A stretch of 64,000 nucleotides of DNA from Elusimicrobiota bacterium (GTDB lineage Bacteria > Elusimicrobiota > Elusimicrobia > UBA1565 > JACRDR01), in assembly GCA_041694815.1 (NCBI GenBank), contig JBGFSC010000005.1, forward strand, positions 1-64,000. Direction: 5' to 3'. Shown here piece after piece: positions 21,429 through 29,482 of the stretch. The notes beneath the pieces were generated by a model. That model was not told the DNA's origin and ran no database searches. It saw only the letters and a list, made by a program, of their open reading frames with translations. How positions within the stretch are numbered: the stretch's first letter is position 1; the number at the start of each line of letters is the position of its first letter. The translations under genes were made by a program, and so were the position numbers.

Positions 21429-22054
21429 CCGCGCGGCCCCCGCCAACAATCCAGCAGACGGCCAATAGCCCAGCCTATATTCCATCCCGAAACGCGGCCT
21501 ATTTGGTAACCGCCTATGGCAGAGGAGATAATCATAGTTGCGATCACGCTTACCTGAATAAGATCCAAGGGGCCGCGGGACGAGGACAATAACCATTGGG
21601 TCAGCCCCATCGTCCATGCCCCCGCATAGGCGCCGCCTGCCCCTAAGCCGAGGCTCCCGATCTTTTCGCCGATGTGAGCACAGATATCCTTATGGGAGCG
21701 CGGTTCCCTGACGACGATCGACTTTCTACGGCCGGGCAACGGCGTGCTCAAGCGAGCTAGAAAATTGAGCTTCGATTCTGAAGACGCCTCCGCCCGCGGC
21801 GACCCTGAAGTCGACTGCCCCAACATCAGCTCCTCCGCGCGCCGGCCGGCGTCGGACATCTTCTCCATCGAAGCATTCGGCTCGAGGCCTTGTTCCAAGG
21901 CGGCGACAGCCTCCGAGGCGTTGAGCGTCAATTCAGCCCAGGCAATTTCCGAAAGGCCGAAATAAATCGCGGCGAATATCGGGAATATCGACACATAGCT
22001 ACCACAAAGGCCTTTTTTAATGCGTCCGGACGCAGTAGAACACGCGGCAATCAT
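21425..22054 (-). CDS. Tandem-array paralog 4
   Basis: Start MIAACSTASGR (ATGA overlap); NASEAVAALEQGL...AGRRAEELM, NFLARL..LPG..IVVREP, Gly-zipper-like TM helices. Confidence 0.85.
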   Translation of the reverse strand: MIAACSTASGRIKKGLCGSYVSIFPIFAAIYFGLSEIAWAELTLNASEAVAALEQGLEPNASMEKMSDAGRRAEELMLGQSTSGSPRAEASSESKLNFLARLSTPLPGRRKSIVVREPRSHKDICAHIGEKIGSLGLGAGGAYAGAWTMGLTQWLLSSSRGPLDLIQVSVIATMIISSAIGGYQIGRVSGWNIGWAIGRLLDCWRGPRG

Positions 22055-22668
22055 TTTGGCCAATGTCGATCGATGAAAGTTCCGGTTAGACGCCCTAATC
22101 GATTGCCCAATACGCCGGAGGAGATGGTCGCGCCAACCCAGGCCCCCGCAAACACGGCCGTCGCCGCGATAGCGACTAACCATGATGCCAGCGATAAGGC
22201 ATCGAATGAAAAAGGATTTTGCCAGAGAAAAGAAATTAGCTTAAAACCTGTTGCCAAAAATCCGCTCACGCCGCCCAGGGTGGCGCCTATAGGCCCCAGC
22301 GAGTCTTTGTAAGACGCCGGCTCTTGGACGATGATGGGCCCCTTTTTCCGAGGCATATTGGCGATCAGTCGGCTCAAAAAATGAGTCGCCCCTTGAGCAG
22401 GCGTTTTTCCCGACACCGTGGGTCCGCCACCCACGCCCGACATCAGCTCCTCCGCCCGCTGTCCGGCCGCCTGGGAGCTTTCCAGCGAGCTGCCAGGTTT
22501 AAGCCCATCCTGCAATGCCGCGATCGCCGCCGACGCGTTTCCCATACCCTCGGAGGACGCCGCCGATGCGACTCCCATGCCGAAGGCTATGCAAAACAGC
22601 GACAAGGGGATTCGTTTCCTCGGCGACGCAATACCGCCTTCGGACGCGCTTAAATCATTTTTGCGCAC
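22051..22668 (-). CDS. Tandem-array paralog 3
   Basis: NASAAIAALQDGL...AGQRAEELM, HFLSRLIANMPRKKGPIIVQEP, IDRH; start uncertain (GTG 22668 or 22686). Confidence 0.82.
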   Translation of the reverse strand: MRKNDLSASEGGIASPRKRIPLSLFCIAFGMGVASAASSEGMGNASAAIAALQDGLKPGSSLESSQAAGQRAEELMSGVGGGPTVSGKTPAQGATHFLSRLIANMPRKKGPIIVQEPASYKDSLGPIGATLGGVSGFLATGFKLISFLWQNPFSFDALSLASWLVAIAATAVFAGAWVGATISSGVLGNRLGRLTGTFIDRHWPK

Positions 22669-23212
22669 GGGAATCCCTCCAGGCACCGATCCTCGCGCCG
22701 AGAAAACGTCCCGCGGCCCAAGTCCCGAGAGTCAGGCCGACAATAAGGGCCGGCCAGACAAACAATGAGACTCCCTGAAGGATTGAATCGACATGGGAAG
22801 ATGGAGCTCGGTGAATGAATTCCTTGGTCCATGGCAGTATTTGCAATCCCATCAGAGAACTCCCCCAGCCACCGATCAAAAATCCGGCATAGGAGCCGGC
22901 TGTCTTTAAACGGCGCTCATCCGTTCGGCGCGGCTCCCTGACGATGATGGGTTCCTGCCGCTTGGCCCGGGCGGTATAGGCAAAAAGTGCCCTAATCACC
23001 CCGCCCGCGTTTCCTTTCACGGAGCCGACCGAACCGCCGATCATGATTTCTTCCGCGCGCACACCCGCGGCATGACCAGCCTCCGGCGAGGCTCCTTGGC
23101 CTAAACCCGCCTCAAGCACCGATGCCGCCTCGGAGGCGTGTTCGATGGGAGACGCCGACGCGAAGGGCATGGATCCAAAGAGGAATAGAACAGCGAAAGC
23201 TATTTTTTCCAT
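22655..23212 (-). CDS. Tandem-array paralog 2
   Basis: Start MEKIAFAVLF; HASEAASVLEAGL...AGVRAEEIM, PIIVREP, Gly-rich TM helices. Confidence 0.85.
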   Translation of the reverse strand: MEKIAFAVLFLFGSMPFASASPIEHASEAASVLEAGLGQGASPEAGHAAGVRAEEIMIGGSVGSVKGNAGGVIRALFAYTARAKRQEPIIVREPRRTDERRLKTAGSYAGFLIGGWGSSLMGLQILPWTKEFIHRAPSSHVDSILQGVSLFVWPALIVGLTLGTWAAGRFLGARIGAWRDSRAQK

Positions 23213-23772
23213 TTCCACCGATCGATGACGCCGCCGATCGAGCGGCCCAAAAGATATCCCGCTGCGCCGAAGGGAGCTCCCGAGATCAATATCGCAAGAG
23301 GCACTGAAGTGATCAGAAACACCAGCAAGACCGGCAAAAGGATAGGTGGGGAATCGGCCGGGAAAATTCGATTGACGAACGGGACTCCATACACCGTCAT
23401 CCACCATCCGCCAAGGAGAGAGCCGCCGATCGTAAAGCCCAATAACCCGCCAGCAACCCGCCCTATGCTTCGATAGGATTTCGGTTCTTTAACGACGATC
23501 GGGCCTTTCCGCGGCAGTTTAGCGACCAGGCGGGCCAGCAAGTGAGGCGCCGATTTCACGCGCGAGCGTCCTGATACCGAAACGCGAGTGCCTCCCCCCA
23601 GCATCAGTTCTTCCGCCCGCCGGCCGGCGTCATGGAGCTCCTCTAGCGCATGTTCAGGCCTAAGACCCTGCTCCAAGGCTGAAACAGCCTCCGAGGCGTC
23701 ATGGATCGGGTCGGCAAACGCCCGGGAATTCCCCAAAAATAGGAGCGATCCTAACACGAAATGCATCTTCAT
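23200..23772 (-). CDS. Tandem-array paralog 1 (first in operon)
   Basis: Signal peptide; DASEAVSALEQGL...AGRRAEELM, HLLARL..LPRKGPIVVKEP, IDRW. Confidence 0.85.
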   Translation of the reverse strand: MKMHFVLGSLLFLGNSRAFADPIHDASEAVSALEQGLRPEHALEELHDAGRRAEELMLGGGTRVSVSGRSRVKSAPHLLARLVAKLPRKGPIVVKEPKSYRSIGRVAGGLLGFTIGGSLLGGWWMTVYGVPFVNRIFPADSPPILLPVLLVFLITSVPLAILISGAPFGAAGYLLGRSIGGVIDRWKWKK

Positions 23773-23801
23773 GAGGATAGTAGGCTAAATAAGTCCTCGC
23801 C

Positions 23802-23863
23802 TGAGCCGAAAGGCCTAATCTTGCCGGTCTTAAGACCTACGAACGAGCAGGCCGATCGGCCTA
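23802..23863. promoter_or_regulatory. Three tandem 16-bp palindromic boxes upstream of the paralog array
   Basis: TGAGCC-GAAA-GGCCTA (23802), CCGGTC-TTAA-GACCTA (23824), CAGGCC-GATC-GGCCTA (23848). Confidence 0.6.
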
Positions 23864-23866
23864 GCT

Positions 23867-24289
23867 TTACGCGCGTTTGGGAAGCAGATGAAAATTACGG
23901 ATATGGCTAGGCCGATAATGGGCGAAATCTCGATCCACCGTAAACAGGGTCTTGATGTTCTCCCTTTCCGCGATGGATACCAGCGCGGCATCGGCAAAAT
24001 CCATGGGCAAGTCCCGGTACTTTCGCATGAGCTCTCGAATTCTAGGGATCTCGTTCTGTCCCAGCTCCAAGGGGATCAGACTGCCGGATTCCATCAGCCT
24101 TAACACGGCGTCTTGGGCTTCGAAAGAGATTGACAACAAATGCAGCGCCTCCGTTACGGCCGGCCAGGCGGTGAACAGGGCTCCCTTAAAACTCTTTAAT
24201 GCCCTGACGCAAGATTCATGATGCTTATCGTTGGAGCTAAAAAAGGCGATCAGGGGGCCGGCGTCAACGAGAACGCGCTCGGCGGACAT
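23867..24289 (-). CDS. vapC: PIN-domain toxin (VapC-like)
   Basis: VLVDAGPLIA, VTEALHLL, MDFADAALV, FTVDRDF PIN acidic motifs. Confidence 0.9.
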   Translation of the reverse strand: MSAERVLVDAGPLIAFFSSNDKHHESCVRALKSFKGALFTAWPAVTEALHLLSISFEAQDAVLRLMESGSLIPLELGQNEIPRIRELMRKYRDLPMDFADAALVSIAERENIKTLFTVDRDFAHYRPSHIRNFHLLPKRA

Positions 24290-24533
24290 TTAACGCCCTG
24301 CGGAAATAATCGTGCGCGCGCTCGGAAAGGTCCGCAGGGGCGTCCCGGCAAATCCCCAGGCTGTCCTTGATCTCATCGTAGGGCGAACGCTCCGAGCGAG
24401 CGAGCTTGTTCTCCCAATAACTAATCACCGCCTCACGAATCAAGGCGGAGCGGCTGCGCGTCCCGCCAAAACGGCGCGCCGCTCTCGAAAGAACCGACCT
24501 CTCACGCTTCTTGAGGCGAAGGGTCACGGTCAT
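24264..24533 (-). CDS. Ribbon-helix-helix antitoxin (CopG/VapB-like)
   Basis: MTVTLRL...LSRAAR....RSALIREAV RHH pattern; overlaps the PIN gene start. Confidence 0.8.
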   Translation of the reverse strand: MTVTLRLKKRERSVLSRAARRFGGTRSRSALIREAVISYWENKLARSERSPYDEIKDSLGICRDAPADLSERAHDYFRRALNVRRARSR

Positions 24534-24554
24534 AAGTAATACTTATTGTAATAC
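24532..24554. promoter_or_regulatory. Putative toxin-antitoxin autoregulatory operator
   Basis: ATAAGTA-A-TACTTAT dyad over the start codon and two GTAATAC copies (24536, 24548). Confidence 0.5.
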
Positions 24555-24569
24555 ACGCCGTGAGTCCCG

Positions 24570-24989
24570 TCAAGGCGCCGGCTGCGCCCTGCGGGGATAA
24601 CGCGCGGTGATTGTCGAGCGCATCCCCCCGCGGGTGTTGAAGGAGCCGGTCACCACGGCCCAATGGGGCTTGACGGCGCCGACGACGTCGTCGAGGATGC
24701 GGTTGACGGCGTTCTCGTAGAAGATGCCGAGATTGCGGTAGGCGAGGATGTAGTACTTGAGGGATTTGAGCTCCACGCATTCCTTGTCGGGGAGATACTG
24801 CAGCGTAATCGTCCCCACGTCGGGAAGGCCGGTCTTCGGGCAGATCGAGGTGAACTCGGGCATCTCGATGCGGATCTCGTAGCCGCGGTATTGGTTGGGC
24901 CAGGTCTCGATCGCCGGCAGCCGCTCGCTGCGCCCCGACCTAGCCTGCTGCGACGTGTATCCCAACGAGGTCCTTTTCTCACGCGGCAT
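24570..24989 (-). CDS. queF: preQ0 (7-cyano-7-deazaguanine) reductase
   Basis: EFTSICPKTGLPD, VELKSLKYY, F.TRGG. Confidence 0.95.
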   Translation of the reverse strand: MPREKRTSLGYTSQQARSGRSERLPAIETWPNQYRGYEIRIEMPEFTSICPKTGLPDVGTITLQYLPDKECVELKSLKYYILAYRNLGIFYENAVNRILDDVVGAVKPHWAVVTGSFNTRGGMRSTITARYPRRAQPAP

Positions 24990-27198
24990 GTTTTCTCCTC
25001 AGTCTCAGGGAATTGACGATCACCGAAATCGAGCTCAAGGCCATCGCGGCGCCGGCGAACTGCGGCCTCAGCCACAGCCCGAATTGGGGCGCCAAGGCCC
25101 CGGCGGCCACCGGCAAGAGCAGGATATTGTACGCGAAGGCCCAGGCCAGATTCTGCCGGATGACGCGGCGGATGCGTCGGCTGAGCTCGATGGCCTCCAT
25201 CACGTGGGCTAGGTCGTGGCTGAGCAGCGTGATATCGGCCGATTCCATGGCCACGTCCGTGCCACTACCCAAGGCGATGCCGATATCCGCCTGGCTCAAG
25301 GCGGGCGCGTCGTTGAAGCCCTCTCCGACCATCGCGACTCGATGCCCCTTGGCCTGCAGCTCGGCGACGATCTTGGATTTCTCGTCCGGCAAGAGCTCCG
25401 CGTAAACGGTGGAGATGCCGACCTTGGAGGCGACCGCCTCAGCGGCGGCACGGCGATCCCCGGAGGCGAGGATGAGGTCCAGGCCGATCGCCTTCAGGCG
25501 GGCGACCACCTCTTCGGCCCCGTCTCGGACCCGGTCGGCCAGTTGCAGCGTGCCGTAGAAAGCCCCGTCCACGGCCACGGCGACCACGGAGCCCGCTCCC
25601 GAAAGGGCGAGCGCCGCCTGCGGGATGCGCACCCCCGACGCAGAAAGCCAGGCGGCGTTGCCCGAGAGTATCGTTTCGCCGAAAGCCGCCGCCTTCACGC
25701 CCCTTCCGGGAAAGGCCTCGAAGGAATCGAGCGCGGCCGGCGAGATATTCCGGGCGGCGGCCGCCCTCCGGATGGCCTCGGCGAAGGGATGCTCGGAGCG
25801 CTGCTCGGCGGTGACCGCGTAGCGCAGCAGCTCGGCCTCGCTCTTGCCCGCGGCGGGTGCTAAGGCGGTCAATTCCGGGCGCCCCTCGGTGAGCGTGCCC
25901 GTCTTATCGAAGACCACGGCATCGAGCTTGCCGACCTTCTCGAGCGTCTCGGCGTTACGCAGCAGCACTCCGGACTCGGAGGCCTTGGCCATGCCGATCA
26001 TAACGGCCATCGGCGTCGCCAACCCGAGGGCGCAGGGGCAGGCCACGGCCAGAACCGAGACGAAAGCCGTCATGGCGTTGCGAAGGCGCGGCTCCTTCCC
26101 GCGCGAGAGCCAAAACACGGCCGCGCCCAGCGCCAGCAAGAAAACAGCCGGTACGAAGACAGCGGCCACGCGGTCGACCAAGCGCTGGACTGGCGCCTTC
26201 GAGGACTGGCTGCGTTGCACGGCCTCGAGGATGCGCGAAAGCGCGGTGGTAGCGCCCACCTCCGTCACCGCCACGGTCATAGCCCCCGTCATATTGAGCG
26301 TGCCGCCGTAGACCCGAGCGCCAGGACCCTTTTCCGCGGGGATGCTCTCTCCGGTCAAAAGCGACTCGTCGACGGCCGAGAAGCCCTCCTCGACGACCCC
26401 GTCGAGTCCGACCTGTTCGCCGGGACGCACCAGGATGCGCTCTCCCTTGGCCACCTCGGAAAGGGGCACGACGGCCTCCCCGGCGGGGCGCAGCACGCGC
26501 GCGGTCTTGGGCGCCTTGCGCAGGAGTCGGCGCAGGGCGTCGGAGCTGCGCTTCTTGAAGGAGATCTCCAGCACCCTTCCCAAGGTCACCACGGTGATGA
26601 GCCCGACGGAAGCGTCGAAGTCCGGCATGCGCGAGCCAGGCGGAAGCTTTTCCGGCAAGAACACCGCCCAGCTGCCGAAGGCGTACGCGGCCCAGGTGCC
26701 CACGGACACCAGCGTGTCCATGTCCGCGCGCCGGTGCCGCAGGCTTTGCATAAGTCCTTGGTGGAAGTGCGACCCGCAGAAGAGCTGCGCCACCGTCGCC
26801 AGAGCCCAGACGGTGTAGATGGAAAAGTTGAAGAACCCATGCGACAGGATCGCCGCCCACAACGCGGCCGCGGTGATCAAGCGCATCTTGAGGGTGCGCA
26901 ATCTTTTGCGCTCGGCCTCGAGCGCCGCCTTTTCGGCATCCTCGTAGCTCGCGGCCAATCCCGCCACGGGATAGCCGCGCTCCTCGACCGCGCGGCGGAT
27001 GGCCTGTGCCGAAACCCGGGAAGAATCGAATTCGACGGAAGCCGTCTTGCTGGGCAGGTGGACCGCGGCCGAATAGACGCCGTCGAGCCCGGACAGGGCC
27101 CCTTCTATCTTGGACACGCAGGAGGCGCAATGCATCCCCGGGATGGGGAGCACGACCCGCTCGCGCTCGCTTACCGGCCGCTGAGGGAGCCTTGCCAC
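24979..27198 (-). CDS. copA: Heavy-metal P1B-type ATPase, Cu(I)-type
   Basis: GMHCASC HMA domain, LTGES, ACPCALGLATP, DKTGT, SEHP, AYN, MALSS; start uncertain (GTG 27198 or 27153). Confidence 0.9.
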   Translation of the reverse strand: MARLPQRPVSERERVVLPIPGMHCASCVSKIEGALSGLDGVYSAAVHLPSKTASVEFDSSRVSAQAIRRAVEERGYPVAGLAASYEDAEKAALEAERKRLRTLKMRLITAAALWAAILSHGFFNFSIYTVWALATVAQLFCGSHFHQGLMQSLRHRRADMDTLVSVGTWAAYAFGSWAVFLPEKLPPGSRMPDFDASVGLITVVTLGRVLEISFKKRSSDALRRLLRKAPKTARVLRPAGEAVVPLSEVAKGERILVRPGEQVGLDGVVEEGFSAVDESLLTGESIPAEKGPGARVYGGTLNMTGAMTVAVTEVGATTALSRILEAVQRSQSSKAPVQRLVDRVAAVFVPAVFLLALGAAVFWLSRGKEPRLRNAMTAFVSVLAVACPCALGLATPMAVMIGMAKASESGVLLRNAETLEKVGKLDAVVFDKTGTLTEGRPELTALAPAAGKSEAELLRYAVTAEQRSEHPFAEAIRRAAAARNISPAALDSFEAFPGRGVKAAAFGETILSGNAAWLSASGVRIPQAALALSGAGSVVAVAVDGAFYGTLQLADRVRDGAEEVVARLKAIGLDLILASGDRRAAAEAVASKVGISTVYAELLPDEKSKIVAELQAKGHRVAMVGEGFNDAPALSQADIGIALGSGTDVAMESADITLLSHDLAHVMEAIELSRRIRRVIRQNLAWAFAYNILLLPVAAGALAPQFGLWLRPQFAGAAMALSSISVIVNSLRLRRKHAA

Positions 27199-27974
27199 GC
27201 CGCCTCCAAGGCGCTCATTCCGGACCATATCCCCGCGAATCCCAAGCGCACCGCCTCGTCTATACCCTTTCGCTCCTTGAGGGCCGCCAGGCATTGCGAG
27301 AAGCCGATGCGCCCGCCTCGCTCGATCATGAAGCCGGCGACATCGCCGACCTGTTGGTACCAACGGTTGACCTCGCGCTCCCGCTCGCTCGCCGGCACCA
27401 ATGCCGCCATCTGGTCGAAGGGCACGGGCTGCAGCTGCCGGGGGAAGGTCGCCAGCGCCCGATGGCCCGTCGCCTGAGCCTCCTCGTAGACCGCCAGGCC
27501 CTCGTTGATCCAGCGGAGTTCGAGCGGCGAGCCGCCCATGTACTCGTGGAAGATCAAATGCGTCATTTCATGCGCCAGCACACCCGCCAGGTGCGGGCCG
27601 TCGTAGCTATAGATGGCGTTGTCGACCGTCAATCCCGCGGACCATGCGGCGAACTGCGTCTTCCTGTGGTATTCTCCCGCATCCGCGTAGATGACGATCT
27701 CGTAGAGCCCGCGTGGCCGGAAGGAATAAAGCCCCGTATCCCCCATGATCCGGTTGTATTGCGCCTCGGCGGCTTCCAATATTTCCGCAGCCCTGGAGGA
27801 ACCATAGGCCTTCACGGTGAAATGCAGGCCGGAAACCTCCTTGCCCCCTGGGTCGAGGCCGGGAAAAACGCCGGAGGCGAGCGTGGAGGTCGACTCCGCC
27901 GGCGCGGAGCCTTCCGGAAGGGAGACGCAGCCCTGAAGCGAGAGCAGCAGCAGCGCCCACGACGAGAAGCGCAT
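27171..27974 (-). CDS. Lipoprotein, gluzincin (peptidase MA/M1-like) metallopeptidase
   Basis: Lipobox LQGC, HEMTH, WINEGLA. Confidence 0.8.
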   Translation of the reverse strand: MRFSSWALLLLSLQGCVSLPEGSAPAESTSTLASGVFPGLDPGGKEVSGLHFTVKAYGSSRAAEILEAAEAQYNRIMGDTGLYSFRPRGLYEIVIYADAGEYHRKTQFAAWSAGLTVDNAIYSYDGPHLAGVLAHEMTHLIFHEYMGGSPLELRWINEGLAVYEEAQATGHRALATFPRQLQPVPFDQMAALVPASEREREVNRWYQQVGDVAGFMIERGGRIGFSQCLAALKERKGIDEAVRLGFAGIWSGMSALEAAWQGSLSGR

Positions 27975-28009
27975 GGTTCGCATTGTATAAAATTGTCTAA
28001 CATGGGCTG

Positions 28010-29419
28010 GTGAAACCCCGGCCCGTCCTACAGGTGCAGACCCTCAAGATCGAGCGCATGGCTCCGGAAGGCCAGGCGATCGGGCGCGCTCCGGGCGGAG
28101 GGAAGGTCGTTTTCGTCCCCTATGGGGTTCCCGGCGACGAGCTTGACGCCGAGACCGTCTCGAGCAAGGGCGGCTATTCGGTGGGCCGCTTGCTCGCCTT
28201 GCGCACTCCCGGGCCGCAGCGGATCGACCCTCCCTGCCCGCTTCACTTCTACGTCGGCCGCCAGGATCCTTGGTGCGGAGGCTGCGATTGGCAGCAGATG
28301 GACACCCCGGCTCAGCTCGAACACAAAAGGGCCTTGGTGCTCGATTGCCTCAAACGCATCGGAGGACTGCCGACGGTCGAGGTGGGGCCCTGCCTGCCCT
28401 CCCCCAAGGCTTGGCGTTACCGCAACAAGGTACAAGTCCCTTTCGGGCTGCAGGACGGGCGCATCGTTGCCGGCTTCTACTCTCCCGGCAGCCACCGCAT
28501 CGTCGATTTCCAGGATTGCCCAGTCCAACCGGAGCTGTCCGTGCGGCTGACCCTCCGGCTCAAGGACTGGGCGCGCGAAAAGCGCTGGCGTGTTTACGAC
28601 GAGAGGCTACACCGGGGCTGGCTACGGCACGCGCTCATCCGGGTAAACCGCCACGGCCAAGGGCAATTGACCCTGGTTACCCGCTCGGCGGAATTCCCTG
28701 GCCAAGAGGAATTCGTGGCCGCCATGCGCCGCGCCTTCCCGGAGCTCGTCGGCCTTTTCCAGAATGTCCAGGAGGAGAAAACATCGGTGATTCTGGGAAG
28801 CCGGTGGAGAAAGCTATGGGGCAGCCCTCATCTGGAAGAGAGGATAGGCCGCTTGAGGCTGCTCTGTTCGCCCGGGGCGTTTCTTCAGGTCAACACGCCC
28901 GCCTGCGAACTGCTCTATGAGCAGGCGGAGCGCGCCTTGACCGCCGGAGGCTTCCATCCCGGCTTCCTGGCCGATCTCTACTGCGGGGTCGGCTCCATCG
29001 CGTTATGGCTCTCCCCATCGGCCGACAAGGTGCTCGGCCTCGAAGAGAATCGAGAGGCCGTTGCCGACGCTTGGGCGAACGCGCGGGCCAATCATGTCTC
29101 CAACGCGAGATTCATCGCTGGCCGCGCCGAGACTCTGCTTCGCCAGCTGCGCGAGGAATGGGAAAGGCGGCCTCCGGGCTCCTGCGCGGTCGTTCTAGAC
29201 CCGCCACGCTCAGGTGTCGCCAAACCCATACTCGCAAGCCTTCAGGCGCCAGCCGTAGGCCGGATCGTCTACGTATCCTGCAATCCGGCGACATTCGCCC
29301 GCGACGCCGCATTATTGTCTCAAACGGGCTTTGGTCTTAAGCAAGTTCAACCGGTCGATCTGTTTCCCCAAACCTCCCACGTGGAACTCGTGGGCGCGTT
29401 CGAACGGGTAGGTCTTTAG
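28010..29419 (+). CDS. rlmD: 23S rRNA (uracil-C5)-methyltransferase
   Basis: TRAM-like N-terminus, CGGC, FLQVN, DLYCGVG, LDPPRSG, YVSCNP, DLFPQTSHVE. Confidence 0.95.
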   Translation: MKPRPVLQVQTLKIERMAPEGQAIGRAPGGGKVVFVPYGVPGDELDAETVSSKGGYSVGRLLALRTPGPQRIDPPCPLHFYVGRQDPWCGGCDWQQMDTPAQLEHKRALVLDCLKRIGGLPTVEVGPCLPSPKAWRYRNKVQVPFGLQDGRIVAGFYSPGSHRIVDFQDCPVQPELSVRLTLRLKDWAREKRWRVYDERLHRGWLRHALIRVNRHGQGQLTLVTRSAEFPGQEEFVAAMRRAFPELVGLFQNVQEEKTSVILGSRWRKLWGSPHLEERIGRLRLLCSPGAFLQVNTPACELLYEQAERALTAGGFHPGFLADLYCGVGSIALWLSPSADKVLGLEENREAVADAWANARANHVSNARFIAGRAETLLRQLREEWERRPPGSCAVVLDPPRSGVAKPILASLQAPAVGRIVYVSCNPATFARDAALLSQTGFGLKQVQPVDLFPQTSHVELVGAFERVGL

Positions 29420-29448
29420 GCCTAGATTCTGATGGGTCCTTGACCCCT
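29409..29448. promoter_or_regulatory. Pair of 16-bp palindromic boxes
   Basis: TAGGTC-TTTA-GGCCTA (29409) and degenerate TGGGTC-CTTG-ACCCCT (29433). Confidence 0.5.
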
Positions 29449-29482
29449 GGAAATCGCGGGCTTTAGGGGCCATACTAAAGCC

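Noticed and set aside
19178..23772. Integron cassette array or diversity-generating retroelement
   Set aside because: Genes overlap or abut with no room for attC sites; no integrase or reverse transcriptase; variation is not adenine-specific.
23802..23863. Periodic palindromic repeats as a mini CRISPR array
   Set aside because: Units are 16 bp and degenerate with only 6-9 nt between them, and no cas genes are present; they fit operator sites better.
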